IMG/VR virus record: IMGVR_UViG_3300042559_000515
Coordinates: 19,631 to 83,630 of that record
DNA from: a virus
Length of the DNA: 64,000 nucleotides
Direction: 5' to 3' (one strand)
Numbering within the stretch: the first letter of the stretch is position 1; every line of letters starts with the position of its first letter. Position numbers and translations under genes: made by a program. Positions 22,032 to 31,052 of the stretch are shown here, one piece after another. A model generated the notes under the pieces. It was given only the letters and a program-made list of their open reading frames with translations. It had not been told where the DNA came from and did no database searches.

Positions 22032-22710
22032 GATTCCGCCGTGTTCTTGATGGCTGGGCTTTGCCCATTCCATAGCGCCCTGTTCCTGTCCTGCCCTAAG
22101 TCCTTGGGCATTGCAGTTCAGATTCAGTTGCCTCCACGGTTCATGGAATCCAGTCAGTCCCTTGAAAATTGAAGATTCTCCGCCAGCAGAGCAAACGCTC
22201 GCCACGCTGGTTTACGGTCAGAGCACTTGACCCAGTTCATACGAAGCCCTTGGCAGGGTGAGAATCAATCAGATATGCGCCACGGTCGGCAAGGGGTGGC
22301 AACCCCTCCCCAGTCAGACCGTGGTTATTGCGAACTAGCAGGTTCTGTGAACCTCCTCGGCTCCGCTAAGTCCACTCGGTGGATACTGGCGGATGACCCA
22401 CTGACGCTAAGTCCAACGCTGACACTGCATTGTGTTGACCCCATAGTGGGTCACTTGCTCCAAGGAGCCTTTGCAGGACAGGCAATGGTAATGCGAATCG
22501 GATGGAGGGTTCCGTTCATCAAGGTCACCACTTCGGTGTGTGCGCCAATTACGAACGAGGGCAGGTGTCAAGGGATTGGCACGACACACAGAACAGAGGC
22601 TCTGCGGAGAAGGACTCAACTAGCACCGACTACACGGCACACGGTTCGCAACCCACACCAGTTGACGCTCAAGGTCAGTTGGAAAGCATCAGCACATGGT
22701 GTGGGGTCGC
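22032..22710 (+). ncRNA. candidate large structured leader/ncRNA
   Basis: No credible CDS between the promoter and the first RBS; many stems (CCACGGTC/GACCGTGG, GACCCACT/AGTGGGTC, CCCACACCA/TGGTGTGGG); three copies of CTAAGTCC. Confidence 0.5.
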
Positions 22711-22711
22711 A

Positions 22712-22792
22712 ACGGTGTCGGGGGGTTCGCCCCTCGGCTCCGTGCCACTGGCACATCGCAAGGTGTGCTGGTGGGACGGATAATCCGTTCCC
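22712..22792 (+). promoter_or_regulatory. overlapping three-hairpin RNA element, copy 1
   Basis: Hairpin A (TTCG loop); long stem B, TCCGTGCCACTGGCACATC-GCAA-GGTGTGCTGGTGGGACGGA; hairpin C, GGGACGGA-TAA-TCCGTTCCC. Confidence 0.65.
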
Positions 22793-22814
22793 TCTACCAA
22801 AGGAGCACCACACA

Positions 22815-23276
22815 ATGGCACTTAATGTTGATTGGGGAAACACCCCCGTTTATAAAGAGTTCCTCGCCACCACCCCTGATGGCGACTTCACTGACTCCAA
22901 CGGCTACCCACGCTTCCCTATCGGTGACCTCATGTTCAGCATGATGATTGTCCAGCAGGGTCGCATCTCTGAGAAGAACGCCCACAAGGTGTTCGCTCGC
23001 CTGTCGCTTTACCTTGAAGCGATGGTCGGTGGTTCATTCTCACGAGTGTGGGATGGCGAGAAGGTCATTGAAGAACGACTCAGCCCTGAGCACATCAAGC
23101 GTGCGATGGGCTTGCGAGTCAATGTGTCCGATGAGTCCGATACCAGTTGGGTGCAGTACTTCTTGCGTCTTGTAAAGCGTGAGAATGCTGAGCCTGTTGC
23201 TGGCATGACCGAATGGACAACGGCGAATATCAAGCGCCACCTTGCGAAGTACGAGGTTGACTACCTCGCCTCGTAA
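22815..23276 (+). CDS. early hypothetical protein
   Basis: AAGGAGCACCACACAATG RBS; starts MALNVDWG. The ORF-track extension to 22227 is rejected. Confidence 0.8.
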   Translation: MALNVDWGNTPVYKEFLATTPDGDFTDSNGYPRFPIGDLMFSMMIVQQGRISEKNAHKVFARLSLYLEAMVGGSFSRVWDGEKVIEERLSPEHIKRAMGLRVNVSDESDTSWVQYFLRLVKRENAEPVAGMTEWTTANIKRHLAKYEVDYLAS

Positions 23277-23294
23277 GTCACACCCACTACCAAA

Positions 23295-23366
23295 GGCATC
23301 AGCGCTTCGGCGCTGGTGTCCTCACTGTGCATCGGCTTCGGTCGGTGCATGGTGAGGACATTGTCC
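23295..23366 (+). promoter_or_regulatory. three-hairpin RNA element, copy 2
   Basis: GGCATCAGCGC-TTCG-GCGCTGGTGTC; TGTCCTCACTGTGCATCGGC-TTCG-GTCGGTGCATGGTGAGGACA; GGAC-ATT-GTCC. Confidence 0.75.
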
Positions 23367-23388
23367 ACAACACAAGGAGCACCACACA

Positions 23389-23754
23389 ATGAAAGCAACC
23401 GACCCTGAGTTTGCAGGAATGCACCACGATGAAATCTTGAAGCACTTTGCAGGCATCAAGGCAAGCATCAAGAAAATGGGGGGCGTGACAGTCCCTCCAA
23501 CACGCCAGCAGGTTGAGTGGGACAGCGTCCCTCTCATTCACGAAGACGCAACAATCGGTCATGTTGTCAAAGACATCCGAATTGACAGCGTTGGTCATGT
23601 CGGCATCGTTGATGATGTGAGCGTCATCACGAAGCGTGACGGACGCACAGCAGTTGTTGTGTCGTTCCGATTCGTCAACCACACAACGCTCAACCAATCC
23701 CGTACCGACATCAGAACTCGCAAGGTTGAGTTCATCCTCAACAACAACCAATAG
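23389..23754 (+). CDS. early hypothetical protein
   Basis: Same AAGGAGCACCACACAATG RBS as the gene at 22815. Confidence 0.75.
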   Translation: MKATDPEFAGMHHDEILKHFAGIKASIKKMGGVTVPPTRQQVEWDSVPLIHEDATIGHVVKDIRIDSVGHVGIVDDVSVITKRDGRTAVVVSFRFVNHTTLNQSRTDIRTRKVEFILNNNQ

Positions 23755-23762
23755 GAGCACCA

Positions 23763-24047
23763 ATGACAACACCTAAGACATACCCAACCTTCACTGACCC
23801 TGACGGCGTCCTACAGCCGTTCAAGGGTATGACCACGGGGCGCCATGCGAAGCGTGTCGTCTCGTACTGGCGCAAGGATGCGAGTGAGCCGTGGAAACGC
23901 TTCGGTAACTCCGTGAGCGTTGACGCCATGGACAAGCGCATGCGTCACATTGAAAAGCAAGGATGGAAGATTCGTTACTCCATCATTGACATGGACAACC
24001 AACTCACCATCAAACAAATTGAAACCATCAACAAGGAGAACAAATAA
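23763..24047 (+). CDS. early hypothetical protein
   Basis: AGGAG RBS. Confidence 0.7.
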   Translation: MTTPKTYPTFTDPDGVLQPFKGMTTGRHAKRVVSYWRKDASEPWKRFGNSVSVDAMDKRMRHIEKQGWKIRYSIIDMDNQLTIKQIETINKENK

Positions 24048-24376
24048 TGAGCACATCAACCAACACACGCCACCCACTGACCATCTCGTACACCCTCATG
24101 GTGAGCGAGGAATTGCTGGACAACCTCAAGTCGCATGACGGCACCCGTTACTGGGTGCTGGGCGAATACGAAGTCCACACTGACTTTGAGGGTGAGACCT
24201 ACATCACCGACAACGGTCACCGCTTCAACTACGACACTGAGACCGCACTGCGTGGCATCGCACTGTGGATTCAGAACGGTGGTGACTGGGACGAACTCAA
24301 AGACTTGTCCACCGACCACTACGACCACGATGCCATTTGGCAGTACGGGTTCTTCGGTGAACTTGTCTACGGCTAA
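24047..24376 (+). CDS. early hypothetical protein
   Basis: TAATG coupling; C-terminal DHDAIWQYGFFGELVYG, a recurrent phage motif. Confidence 0.75.
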   Translation: MSTSTNTRHPLTISYTLMVSEELLDNLKSHDGTRYWVLGEYEVHTDFEGETYITDNGHRFNYDTETALRGIALWIQNGGDWDELKDLSTDHYDHDAIWQYGFFGELVYG

Positions 24377-24422
24377 CCCATTGACCACCTACAACAACAA
24401 CACCAACCAACAAGGAGCAATC

Positions 24423-25367
24423 ATGACCACATCAGTAACCGAGGTGCAGAGCACCCTTTCAACCTTCCAGCCTCGTGACCGCAAGTACGACTTGCGCACC
24501 GCCGAGGGCAAGTACTTCAAGCGCCTCAACTCGTACAACAGTGAGTACACAGTGACCACTGGCGTTGTCATCGTCCCTGAGGAGCGTGGCTACGGCGACA
24601 CTGCCACCGTCATTGATGTGACCTACGATGCCATCCATCTTGTGCGCACCGTTGATGTTGACAGCGACCTCGTTGAGACCTACCTCAAGGGCAAGTTGCA
24701 GTACGACTGGCAGTCTCGTGACCGCAAGAAGGCATCGTTCATTGTCGTCAACGAGGCGCTCTTCCAAGAGAGTTGGTCGGGCGGTCGCTGGGTGCATGTT
24801 GACTACTCCGTGTGGTCGCTTGAAGAGGGTGGCGAGGTAGTTGCCACCACTGGCACCAGCGACACTGACCATTACGAGACCTCACGCATTGTTGCTAAGG
24901 CGCTCGGTAATCGTGTGTTTGAGATGAACTCGGACATCCAAGCCAATGAAGCACGCAAGGCACAGGCTGACGAGCATGCACGCAAGGTTGCCGATGTCTT
25001 GTCAGCGTTCGTGCCGTCCTACTCCTACGAGCGTTCGCTTGCCGAAGCCACCAAGTTCATTGAGCGTGGTGTGAAGGAGTCAGAGGGTGAGAACAGTCAC
25101 TGGCACAATCATGTGCATGTCGCCATTGACATTGAGGTGATGAAACTCTGTAAGCGATATGTACAGATTCTCGGTGCGACCACCGACACTGTCCGCATTG
25201 CGTTCAACTCGTACAGCGGTGACATCAAGGTCGTTGATGAGCACATGGCATACGCCACGGTCATCGCAGAGCGCACTGGTGGTGGCTGGTCAAGCAACGA
25301 CTTCTCAGGAGCGTTGCTGGGTCAGGTACTTCACCGCTTCACCAAGATTGTCTGCCAGCACATCTAG
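24423..25367 (+). CDS. early hypothetical protein
   Basis: AAGGAG RBS before ATG 24423 (MTTSVTEVQ). Confidence 0.75.
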   Translation: MTTSVTEVQSTLSTFQPRDRKYDLRTAEGKYFKRLNSYNSEYTVTTGVVIVPEERGYGDTATVIDVTYDAIHLVRTVDVDSDLVETYLKGKLQYDWQSRDRKKASFIVVNEALFQESWSGGRWVHVDYSVWSLEEGGEVVATTGTSDTDHYETSRIVAKALGNRVFEMNSDIQANEARKAQADEHARKVADVLSAFVPSYSYERSLAEATKFIERGVKESEGENSHWHNHVHVAIDIEVMKLCKRYVQILGATTDTVRIAFNSYSGDIKVVDEHMAYATVIAERTGGGWSSNDFSGALLGQVLHRFTKIVCQHI

Positions 25368-25386
25368 TCACGACAACATCCCCCAA

Positions 25387-25473
25387 GGCATCACAGGCTC
25401 CCCCAGCCTGTGGTGTCCTCACAGGACATCGGCACTCCCCCAAGTGTCGGTGTCTTGTGAGGGCATACAGCCC
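25387..25473 (+). promoter_or_regulatory. three-hairpin RNA element, copy 3
   Basis: GGCATCACAGGCT..AGCCTGTGGTGTC; TGTCCTCACAGGACATCGGCACT..AGTGTCGGTGTCTTGTGAGGGCA; GGGC-ATACA-GCCC. Confidence 0.75.
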
Positions 25474-25499
25474 AGCACCACTATCAACAGGAGAATCCA

Positions 25500-26045
25500 A
25501 TGGGCGTTTATCAATACGCAATTACAAAGACCAAGCGAATCAAGGGACTGTCCGATGTCTTCGGTGACATCGGTGTGGTTGAGTTCCGCTACAGGTACTC
25601 GTGGTCACCGAACGAGAAGTTTGAGAAGTACTGCGCTCGCCTTGACGCCAATATTGAGCGCAAGTGGGCAGGCACTGAGTTGCCGATTCTTGTGACCGAC
25701 AAGAAGGGCAGGGGCTTGTCAGTGTGGGTCGGTGACAGTGCGAACTGGTGTGACGGTGACAGCAAGGGTGGCGAGATGCCAATCGGCTCATCGCAGGGCT
25801 GGGATGCCTTGTGGCACTGGGCAGAACGCAATGGTCGTTTGGAGATTCCACTGTGGTTGATGACCGCTGGCGACTTTGAGCACAGCCAAGAGATTCCATT
25901 CGTCCCGACTACTGAGAAGGCATACCGAGAACTGGTGGACGCCTGCTCCACTCTCCGCCTCCGTCAGCGTGGCGACAGCAACGCTCAGCCACAGATTCCG
26001 AACAACCGCTACTGGGTCAACAATGACCTCTACACATACCTTTAA
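25500..26045 (+). CDS. early hypothetical protein
   Basis: AGGAG RBS. Confidence 0.7.
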   Translation: MGVYQYAITKTKRIKGLSDVFGDIGVVEFRYRYSWSPNEKFEKYCARLDANIERKWAGTELPILVTDKKGRGLSVWVGDSANWCDGDSKGGEMPIGSSQGWDALWHWAERNGRLEIPLWLMTAGDFEHSQEIPFVPTTEKAYRELVDACSTLRLRQRGDSNAQPQIPNNRYWVNNDLYTYL

Positions 26046-26055
26046 GGAGAACCCA

Positions 26056-26352
26056 ATGACCATCAAGCAATACACAGTCACAATGTCCAGCACGCACTTC
26101 GTGCTTGCCGAATCCATATCGCAAGCGGAGAGCATCGTGTACGAGGCACTGCTTCGTCTCTCCAAGGTGGACGAGCGTGTCCCCGACAGTGAGGTGGACT
26201 GGTTCCACGCAGTCACCCTTGAGGACGGGCACTACTCAACCATCGTGCGAGACGGTGACGAGATGAGTGACTACGACAGGAAAGTCCAACGATTGAAGCG
26301 AGTGCGAGAACTCGTTGAGAAGGTCTGCAACGAAGAGATGGAGAAGAACTAA
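26056..26352 (+). CDS. early hypothetical protein
   Basis: TAAGGAG RBS before ATG 26056. Confidence 0.7.
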   Translation: MTIKQYTVTMSSTHFVLAESISQAESIVYEALLRLSKVDERVPDSEVDWFHAVTLEDGHYSTIVRDGDEMSDYDRKVQRLKRVRELVEKVCNEEMEKN

Positions 26353-26654
26353 TGACCACAATCACAGTTACATGGAAGGCGTTTGCGGACTCACTGACCT
26401 TTAAGGAGAAGGTCACATCGGCAACCATTAAGACCAACCGCATTCAAGGTGATGGCATCGCCATCGCTGAGGTGGTGTTCCGTGACACCAACCTCTACCA
26501 AGGCGTGCTGTGGGACTTGCTGGAGCCTGTCCTGCCTGAGAACCGAACACACACAGCACTGAGTGTTGGTGACGAGGTGACCGTTGACGGTCGCACTTAC
26601 CAATGCGCCAGTATCGGCTGGGTGGAACTCACCTTTGACGCAGTCAACCAATAA
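26352..26654 (+). CDS. hypothetical protein (YodL-like 'SLSVGD' motif)
   Basis: HTALSVGDEVTVDGRTYQCASIGW. Confidence 0.65.
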   Translation: MTTITVTWKAFADSLTFKEKVTSATIKTNRIQGDGIAIAEVVFRDTNLYQGVLWDLLEPVLPENRTHTALSVGDEVTVDGRTYQCASIGWVELTFDAVNQ

Positions 26655-26684
26655 ACAACCAGTTCTAGTAAAGGAGAACAAAAA

Positions 26685-27404
26685 ATGTCAGCCACCACCA
26701 TCACCCCCCGTCAGCAGTCATTTATTCGCTCACTCTTAGAGGAGCGTCTTGATGTACTGGAAATCACCAACCTTGACGAGTACATCGTCTCGGTCGGTCT
26801 CAACGCACTCACAGCGAACTCTGCGAGCAAACTCATTGAGCATCTCAAGTCGGTGCCTGTGGGCAAGAAGTCAGAGCATGCGCACTTGCCCGAAGGTCGG
26901 GTCATCGTCAACAAGTTCGCCAAGGAGTGCACGCTCTGTGGTGGCTTGGTGGACAGCGGTGCTGGTCATGCAGTGCAGACTGCTAATGGCTGGCGGACAT
27001 TCCATGCGATGGACAAGTGCAGTGCACCAGCCGATGCTCCACGCATCACGGTTGAGTCCAAGCGTGCGTATCGCTGTGACGATGGCACTGTCGCTATCGC
27101 CTACACCACACAGAACGGTCGCATTGCGATGCGCCGTCTTGTGATTCACGAGGACAACAAGGGTTCTCTTGAGTACTGGAAGGGCGGTGTCGCCATCGTG
27201 AGCGCCACTGGCTCGCTCCTTACGCAGGAGCAGGCATCCGAACTCGGCAAGGTGTACGGGTTCTGCATCTGCTGTGGCAAGGACTTGAGTGAAGACCAGT
27301 CGCTTGCTGTCGGGTATGGCAGGACTTGTGCTGGCAACAATGAGTGGTGGTACCCATCACCCAGTGAAGCACGAGAGATTCTCAACCGACCAGTCAGTAT
27401 CTAG
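26685..27404 (+). CDS. DUF6011-family zinc-finger protein
   Basis: GFCICCGKDLSEDQSLAVGYGRTCA plus NKFAKECTLCG; lies directly upstream of an SNF2 helicase. Confidence 0.75.
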   Translation: MSATTITPRQQSFIRSLLEERLDVLEITNLDEYIVSVGLNALTANSASKLIEHLKSVPVGKKSEHAHLPEGRVIVNKFAKECTLCGGLVDSGAGHAVQTANGWRTFHAMDKCSAPADAPRITVESKRAYRCDDGTVAIAYTTQNGRIAMRRLVIHEDNKGSLEYWKGGVAIVSATGSLLTQEQASELGKVYGFCICCGKDLSEDQSLAVGYGRTCAGNNEWWYPSPSEAREILNRPVSI

Positions 27405-27421
27405 TTCAACCCATTAGTTGA

Positions 27422-27506
27422 GGGGACAGCACGAGCAACTGTTCGTGCCGTCCTCACTATCTATTCGCAATGTGTGAGTAGGTAGTGAGGGCGATATCAT
27501 CGCCCC
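27422..27506 (+). promoter_or_regulatory. three-hairpin RNA element, copy 4
   Basis: GGACAGCACGAGC-AACT-GTTCGTGCCGTCC; CGTCCTCACTATCTATTCGCA-ATG-TGTGAGTAGGTAGTGAGGGCG; GGGCGAT-ATC-ATCGCCC. Confidence 0.75.
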
Positions 27507-27536
27507 TGAGCACCCAACATAACCAAGGAGTATTCC

Positions 27537-29075
27537 ATGTCCCACCGTTCCGCACTTGATGCCCTGCTGTCCTCAGCAGTGCGTGTCCCCAAACCCATTG
27601 ATGTCTGCCCCGAACTCACAGCGCTGTCGGGTGCACATGACTATGACCTCGGCTTTGACCTGTCACTGCCATTACTCCCGTACCAGCGTGCTGGTGTGGC
27701 GTATGCGCTCAAGCAACGCCGTGTCATCCTCGGTGACGAGATGGGCTTGGGCAAGACCCCACAACTCATTGCCGTGGCTCTCAAGGCTGTTGAGGACGGT
27801 CACCGTGCACTCATCGTGGTGCCACCGTCACTGCGCCTCAACTGGGACAGAGAGATTGCCAAGTTCACCTCTCGCCGTCTCACCGTGGAGATTGCTGAGG
27901 GCACCACGCCCTACGCACTGCGCAAGTCTGATGTCGTCATCATCGGTGACGCCAGTGTGGTCGGCTGGGCGCCTGCGCTCAACCGTCTCAACTTCGGTGC
28001 ACTGTTAGTTGACGAGGCACACCGCTTCAAGAACCCCAAGGCAAAGCGCACCATCGCATTGCAGGGCATCGCTCGTGGCATTGATGCTGACGGGTATGTC
28101 GTGCTCGCTTCGGGTACGCCAGCAACCAACCGCCCCGTTGAGTTGGTCGCACTGCTTGACACCATCGGTCGCCTTGACCCTGTGTTCGGTTCTGCTGGTT
28201 CATTCAAGTGGCGCTACTGCGACCCGATTCGCAATGCGTTCGGCTGGACATTCAACGGTTCAACCAACAGTGCCGAGTTGCACGACAAGTTGCGTGGCAC
28301 TTGCTACATCCGCCGTAAGAAGGCTGATGTGCTCACCGAGTTGCCAGCCAAGCGCCGTGCTCAGGTTGCTATCGCTCTGACCGATGTGGAGTTGCGTGAG
28401 TACCTCCGCATTGAGTCTGACTTCCTCATGTGGGTGTACGGCAAGGGTGGTCGTGAGGCTGTCATGCGTGTGTCTCGTGCCGAGGCAATCACGCAGTTGA
28501 CCGCACTGCGACAGGAGATGGCAAAGGTCAAGGTCAAGCACGCCATTGAGCACATTGAGTCCATCGTTGAGGGTGACCAGCCAGTGGTCATCTTCGGACA
28601 TCACCGTGCGGTGCTTGAGTCCATCATCGCTGAGTGTGAGACACGCTCTGCTGAAGACCCACGATGGAATGTCGTGAGTGTTCTCGGTGGCAAGTCCGAT
28701 GCACAAAAGCAACAAGCAGTGGACGACTTCCAGTCGGGTCGTGCGAGCGTGTTCGTGGGCAACTACACCTCCGCTGGTGTCGGTCTCACACTCACTCGTG
28801 CCAACCAGTGGGTGAGCGTGGAGTTACCGTGGACACCTGCTGAACTACAGCAAGCCGAAGACCGATGCCACAGATTCACGCAAACAGAATCTGTGACTTG
28901 CTGGCACCTGACTGGTGCTCGTGCCAATGGTCAGTTGACCATTGACGACCGACTCTTCGGTCTGCTCAACAGCAAGGCGGAGGTTCTCTCCGCAGTGCTT
29001 GACGGCAACGCCGAAGACCTCGGTGCTGAGGCTGGCTCACTGCTCGCCTCGCTCCTTGGTGACTGGGTCGGCTAA
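27537..29075 (+). CDS. SNF2-family helicase (SMARCAL1/HARP-like)
   Basis: DEMGLGKT, DEAH, SGTPATNRP, GVGLTLT, QAEDRCHR. Confidence 0.93.
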   Translation: MSHRSALDALLSSAVRVPKPIDVCPELTALSGAHDYDLGFDLSLPLLPYQRAGVAYALKQRRVILGDEMGLGKTPQLIAVALKAVEDGHRALIVVPPSLRLNWDREIAKFTSRRLTVEIAEGTTPYALRKSDVVIIGDASVVGWAPALNRLNFGALLVDEAHRFKNPKAKRTIALQGIARGIDADGYVVLASGTPATNRPVELVALLDTIGRLDPVFGSAGSFKWRYCDPIRNAFGWTFNGSTNSAELHDKLRGTCYIRRKKADVLTELPAKRRAQVAIALTDVELREYLRIESDFLMWVYGKGGREAVMRVSRAEAITQLTALRQEMAKVKVKHAIEHIESIVEGDQPVVIFGHHRAVLESIIAECETRSAEDPRWNVVSVLGGKSDAQKQQAVDDFQSGRASVFVGNYTSAGVGLTLTRANQWVSVELPWTPAELQQAEDRCHRFTQTESVTCWHLTGARANGQLTIDDRLFGLLNSKAEVLSAVLDGNAEDLGAEAGSLLASLLGDWVG

Positions 29076-29095
29076 CACAATCTGAGGTGGTGCTC

Positions 29096-29181
29096 ACGGG
29101 CGTCACGAGGTGCGAGCCTCGTGGCGTGCCGTGGTCATTGTGGGGTCGGGACACTCCGCAGTGACCACGGGACGCAAGTCC
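29096..29181 (+). promoter_or_regulatory. three-hairpin RNA element, copy 5
   Basis: GCGTCACGAGG..CCTCGTGGCGT; GCGTGCCGTGGTCATTGTGGGGT..ACTCCGCAGTGACCACGGGACGC; GGAC-GCAA-GTCC. Confidence 0.7.
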
Positions 29182-29212
29182 AAACAGCACCAACACAACA
29201 AGGAATTAAACA

Positions 29213-29581
29213 ATGAAGACACAAGCAATCATCACTATCAACCATCCCGACAACCTGTCAGCGAACTGGGTTATCGCTGATGTCATTGACCCATTCATCG
29301 CTGATGTCAACACTGGTGGCAACGATGAATGGAATCTCGCCTTGGCGTTGTCACTGACCGAGACGCAACTGCGTGACAAGGCATTGCGCAGTGCGCTGTT
29401 GCTGGTTCTCAGTGACTTCCCTGCGGACATGAGCAACGAGTGGATTCTTGACGGCGTCCTCAATGATGACGAGCGCATCATTGTGTGGGAGCCGTTCTCC
29501 ATCGTCAACTGGGACAAAGAAGAACTGGTCGCTCACATTGAGCAGACAGCGGACACCATCTACAACACATACTTTCAATAA
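29213..29581 (+). CDS. early hypothetical protein
   Basis: AAGGA RBS; acidic protein. Confidence 0.7.
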   Translation: MKTQAIITINHPDNLSANWVIADVIDPFIADVNTGGNDEWNLALALSLTETQLRDKALRSALLLVLSDFPADMSNEWILDGVLNDDERIIVWEPFSIVNWDKEELVAHIEQTADTIYNTYFQ

Positions 29582-29592
29582 GGAGACAAACA

Positions 29593-29790
29593 ATGAAGAC
29601 AGAGACCATCAACAACATCCTGCTCGTACTACTGGGAATGGCACTTGCTCTTGGGAGTGTCATCTTGTGGGACACCGTGGACTACTACGCCAAGTGTGAT
29701 GCGGTCGTGGTGCAGGACATCAATGGCAATCGCTACTGCGTGGACAAGGCAACGCTCGTTGAGAGCACAACAACTAATTACAACAAGTAA
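29593..29790 (+). CDS. small membrane protein
   Basis: N-terminal TM helix; AAGGAG RBS. Confidence 0.65.
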   Translation: MKTETINNILLVLLGMALALGSVILWDTVDYYAKCDAVVVQDINGNRYCVDKATLVESTTTNYNK

Positions 29791-29800
29791 AGGACACATC

Positions 29801-30082
29801 ATGAACCCATACGAACAACCCGAACAACCAATCGGTTGCCAATGCAATGTCACCTTCGGTGGTCAAGAGATGGCAGTCATCATCGCATTCGGTGATGACC
29901 CAGTTATCACTGACGACATCGGCAACCCTTGGTATGACCTTGACATCAATGTCTTCTACTACCTCAACGATGCAGAGACAGACCAACTACACGATGCAGT
30001 CAACAAAGGCTTAGAGGGCTTTGCTGTTGACGGCGAAATTGAAATAGTCATTGACAGTGACTTTGAATACCTTTTTCTTTAA
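29801..30082 (+). CDS. early hypothetical protein
   Basis: AAGGA RBS before ATG 29801. Confidence 0.65.
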   Translation: MNPYEQPEQPIGCQCNVTFGGQEMAVIIAFGDDPVITDDIGNPWYDLDINVFYYLNDAETDQLHDAVNKGLEGFAVDGEIEIVIDSDFEYLFL

Positions 30083-30094
30083 GGAGCAACCAAC

Positions 30095-30415
30095 ATGAAC
30101 ATCACATCAGAACAAGAGCAGGCAGTAGACAACTGGGAGTACCAGTACCGACCCATCAAGAACCACATCAGTGGTGACCTTGGATGGAACGGCACCGTCT
30201 TTGAGACCTACGGAGACGACATTGCGTTCGTGGTTTCACAGCCACAAAACCTCATATGGACATGGGTAGACACCGACAATGGCACAACCATCCTCAGTGG
30301 TTACCACCTTGTCAATCGCATCGGTTACTTCGTGACCGAGTACCCATGGGTGAGACCAACCGAGGTGCAGGTAGAGACCTACACAGAAGAAGAAACAGAA
30401 GAGGAGCCGTTCTAA
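30095..30415 (+). CDS. conserved phage hypothetical protein
   Basis: FETYG..IWT..GYHLVNRIGYFVTE.PW motif. Confidence 0.75.
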   Translation: MNITSEQEQAVDNWEYQYRPIKNHISGDLGWNGTVFETYGDDIAFVVSQPQNLIWTWVDTDNGTTILSGYHLVNRIGYFVTEYPWVRPTEVQVETYTEEETEEEPF

Positions 30416-30639
30416 TGCAGAACATCAAGTTCGTTCAGAGTGTGACCATCTCGGTCACCTTTGACATGTCCTTTCCCAGCGACTGGACACTCCAGCAGAT
30501 TCTGGAGAGCATCAAGGACACCACCACTGATATCAGTGCACATGTCCTGCCCGAAACACTTCCACAAGGTGCAGTAAGTAACAGCACCATTGTGGATGAC
30601 ATCATTATCAACCACACCGCCATACAGGAGAACAACTAA
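30415..30639 (+). CDS. early hypothetical protein
   Basis: TAATG coupling; GAGGAG RBS. Confidence 0.6.
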   Translation: MQNIKFVQSVTISVTFDMSFPSDWTLQQILESIKDTTTDISAHVLPETLPQGAVSNSTIVDDIIINHTAIQENN

Positions 30640-31052
30640 TGACCGCAACAACCGCCAGTGACTTCCAAGTCACGCTCGCATACATCCAACAGAACATTGA
30701 TGCCATCGCTGAGTTTGCTCAGCAGTTCCTCAATGAGAACTACTTTGAAGACGATGATGTCTTCCACTCATACGGAGACCGTGTTGACCTCAACTTCATC
30801 CGAGATGAAGATGACAACAAGTGGAGGTGCTTTGCATACCCAGTGGTCAACGGTGACCCCTCCTATGACTACGAGGTAGCCATCCCAGTGGACACCGATA
30901 CCTACAAGGTTGTGCGGTTCTACAAAGACATCAGCCGTGCCAACAAGGTCATCCTGACTGGACTTACCTTGCAGGACGCAAAGGAACACTGCAAGCGTGA
31001 TGACACGCACAGTGACGACTGGTTTGACGGATACGAAAAGGAAAGCAAGTAA
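30639..31052 (+). CDS. early hypothetical protein
   Basis: YKVVRFY..GLTLQDAKEHC..DT..WFDGY C-terminal motif. Confidence 0.7.
   Translation: MTATTASDFQVTLAYIQQNIDAIAEFAQQFLNENYFEDDDVFHSYGDRVDLNFIRDEDDNKWRCFAYPVVNGDPSYDYEVAIPVDTDTYKVVRFYKDISRANKVILTGLTLQDAKEHCKRDDTHSDDWFDGYEKESK

Noticed and set aside
21563-22205. Several short ORFs in the control region
   Set aside because: Low-complexity Pro/Gly translations of C/G tracts on both strands, no RBS, and they overlap promoter elements.
22227-22814. 196-aa N-terminal extension of ORF 22227-23276
   Set aside because: TTG start without SD and atypical composition. A strong RBS identical to the next gene's precedes ATG 22815. The open frame is noted, and ribosome profiling could overturn this.
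21151-29181. CRISPR array or mini-array
   Set aside because: The repeats are neither identical nor regularly spaced by unique spacers. The Cas4-like gene lies in the recombination module with no other cas genes.
29080-29190. Hammerhead ribozyme (GGAC-GCAA-GTCC-AAAC resembles stem II)
   Set aside because: It lacks CTGATGA immediately before the stem and GAAA after it; better explained as hairpin C of the repeated element.
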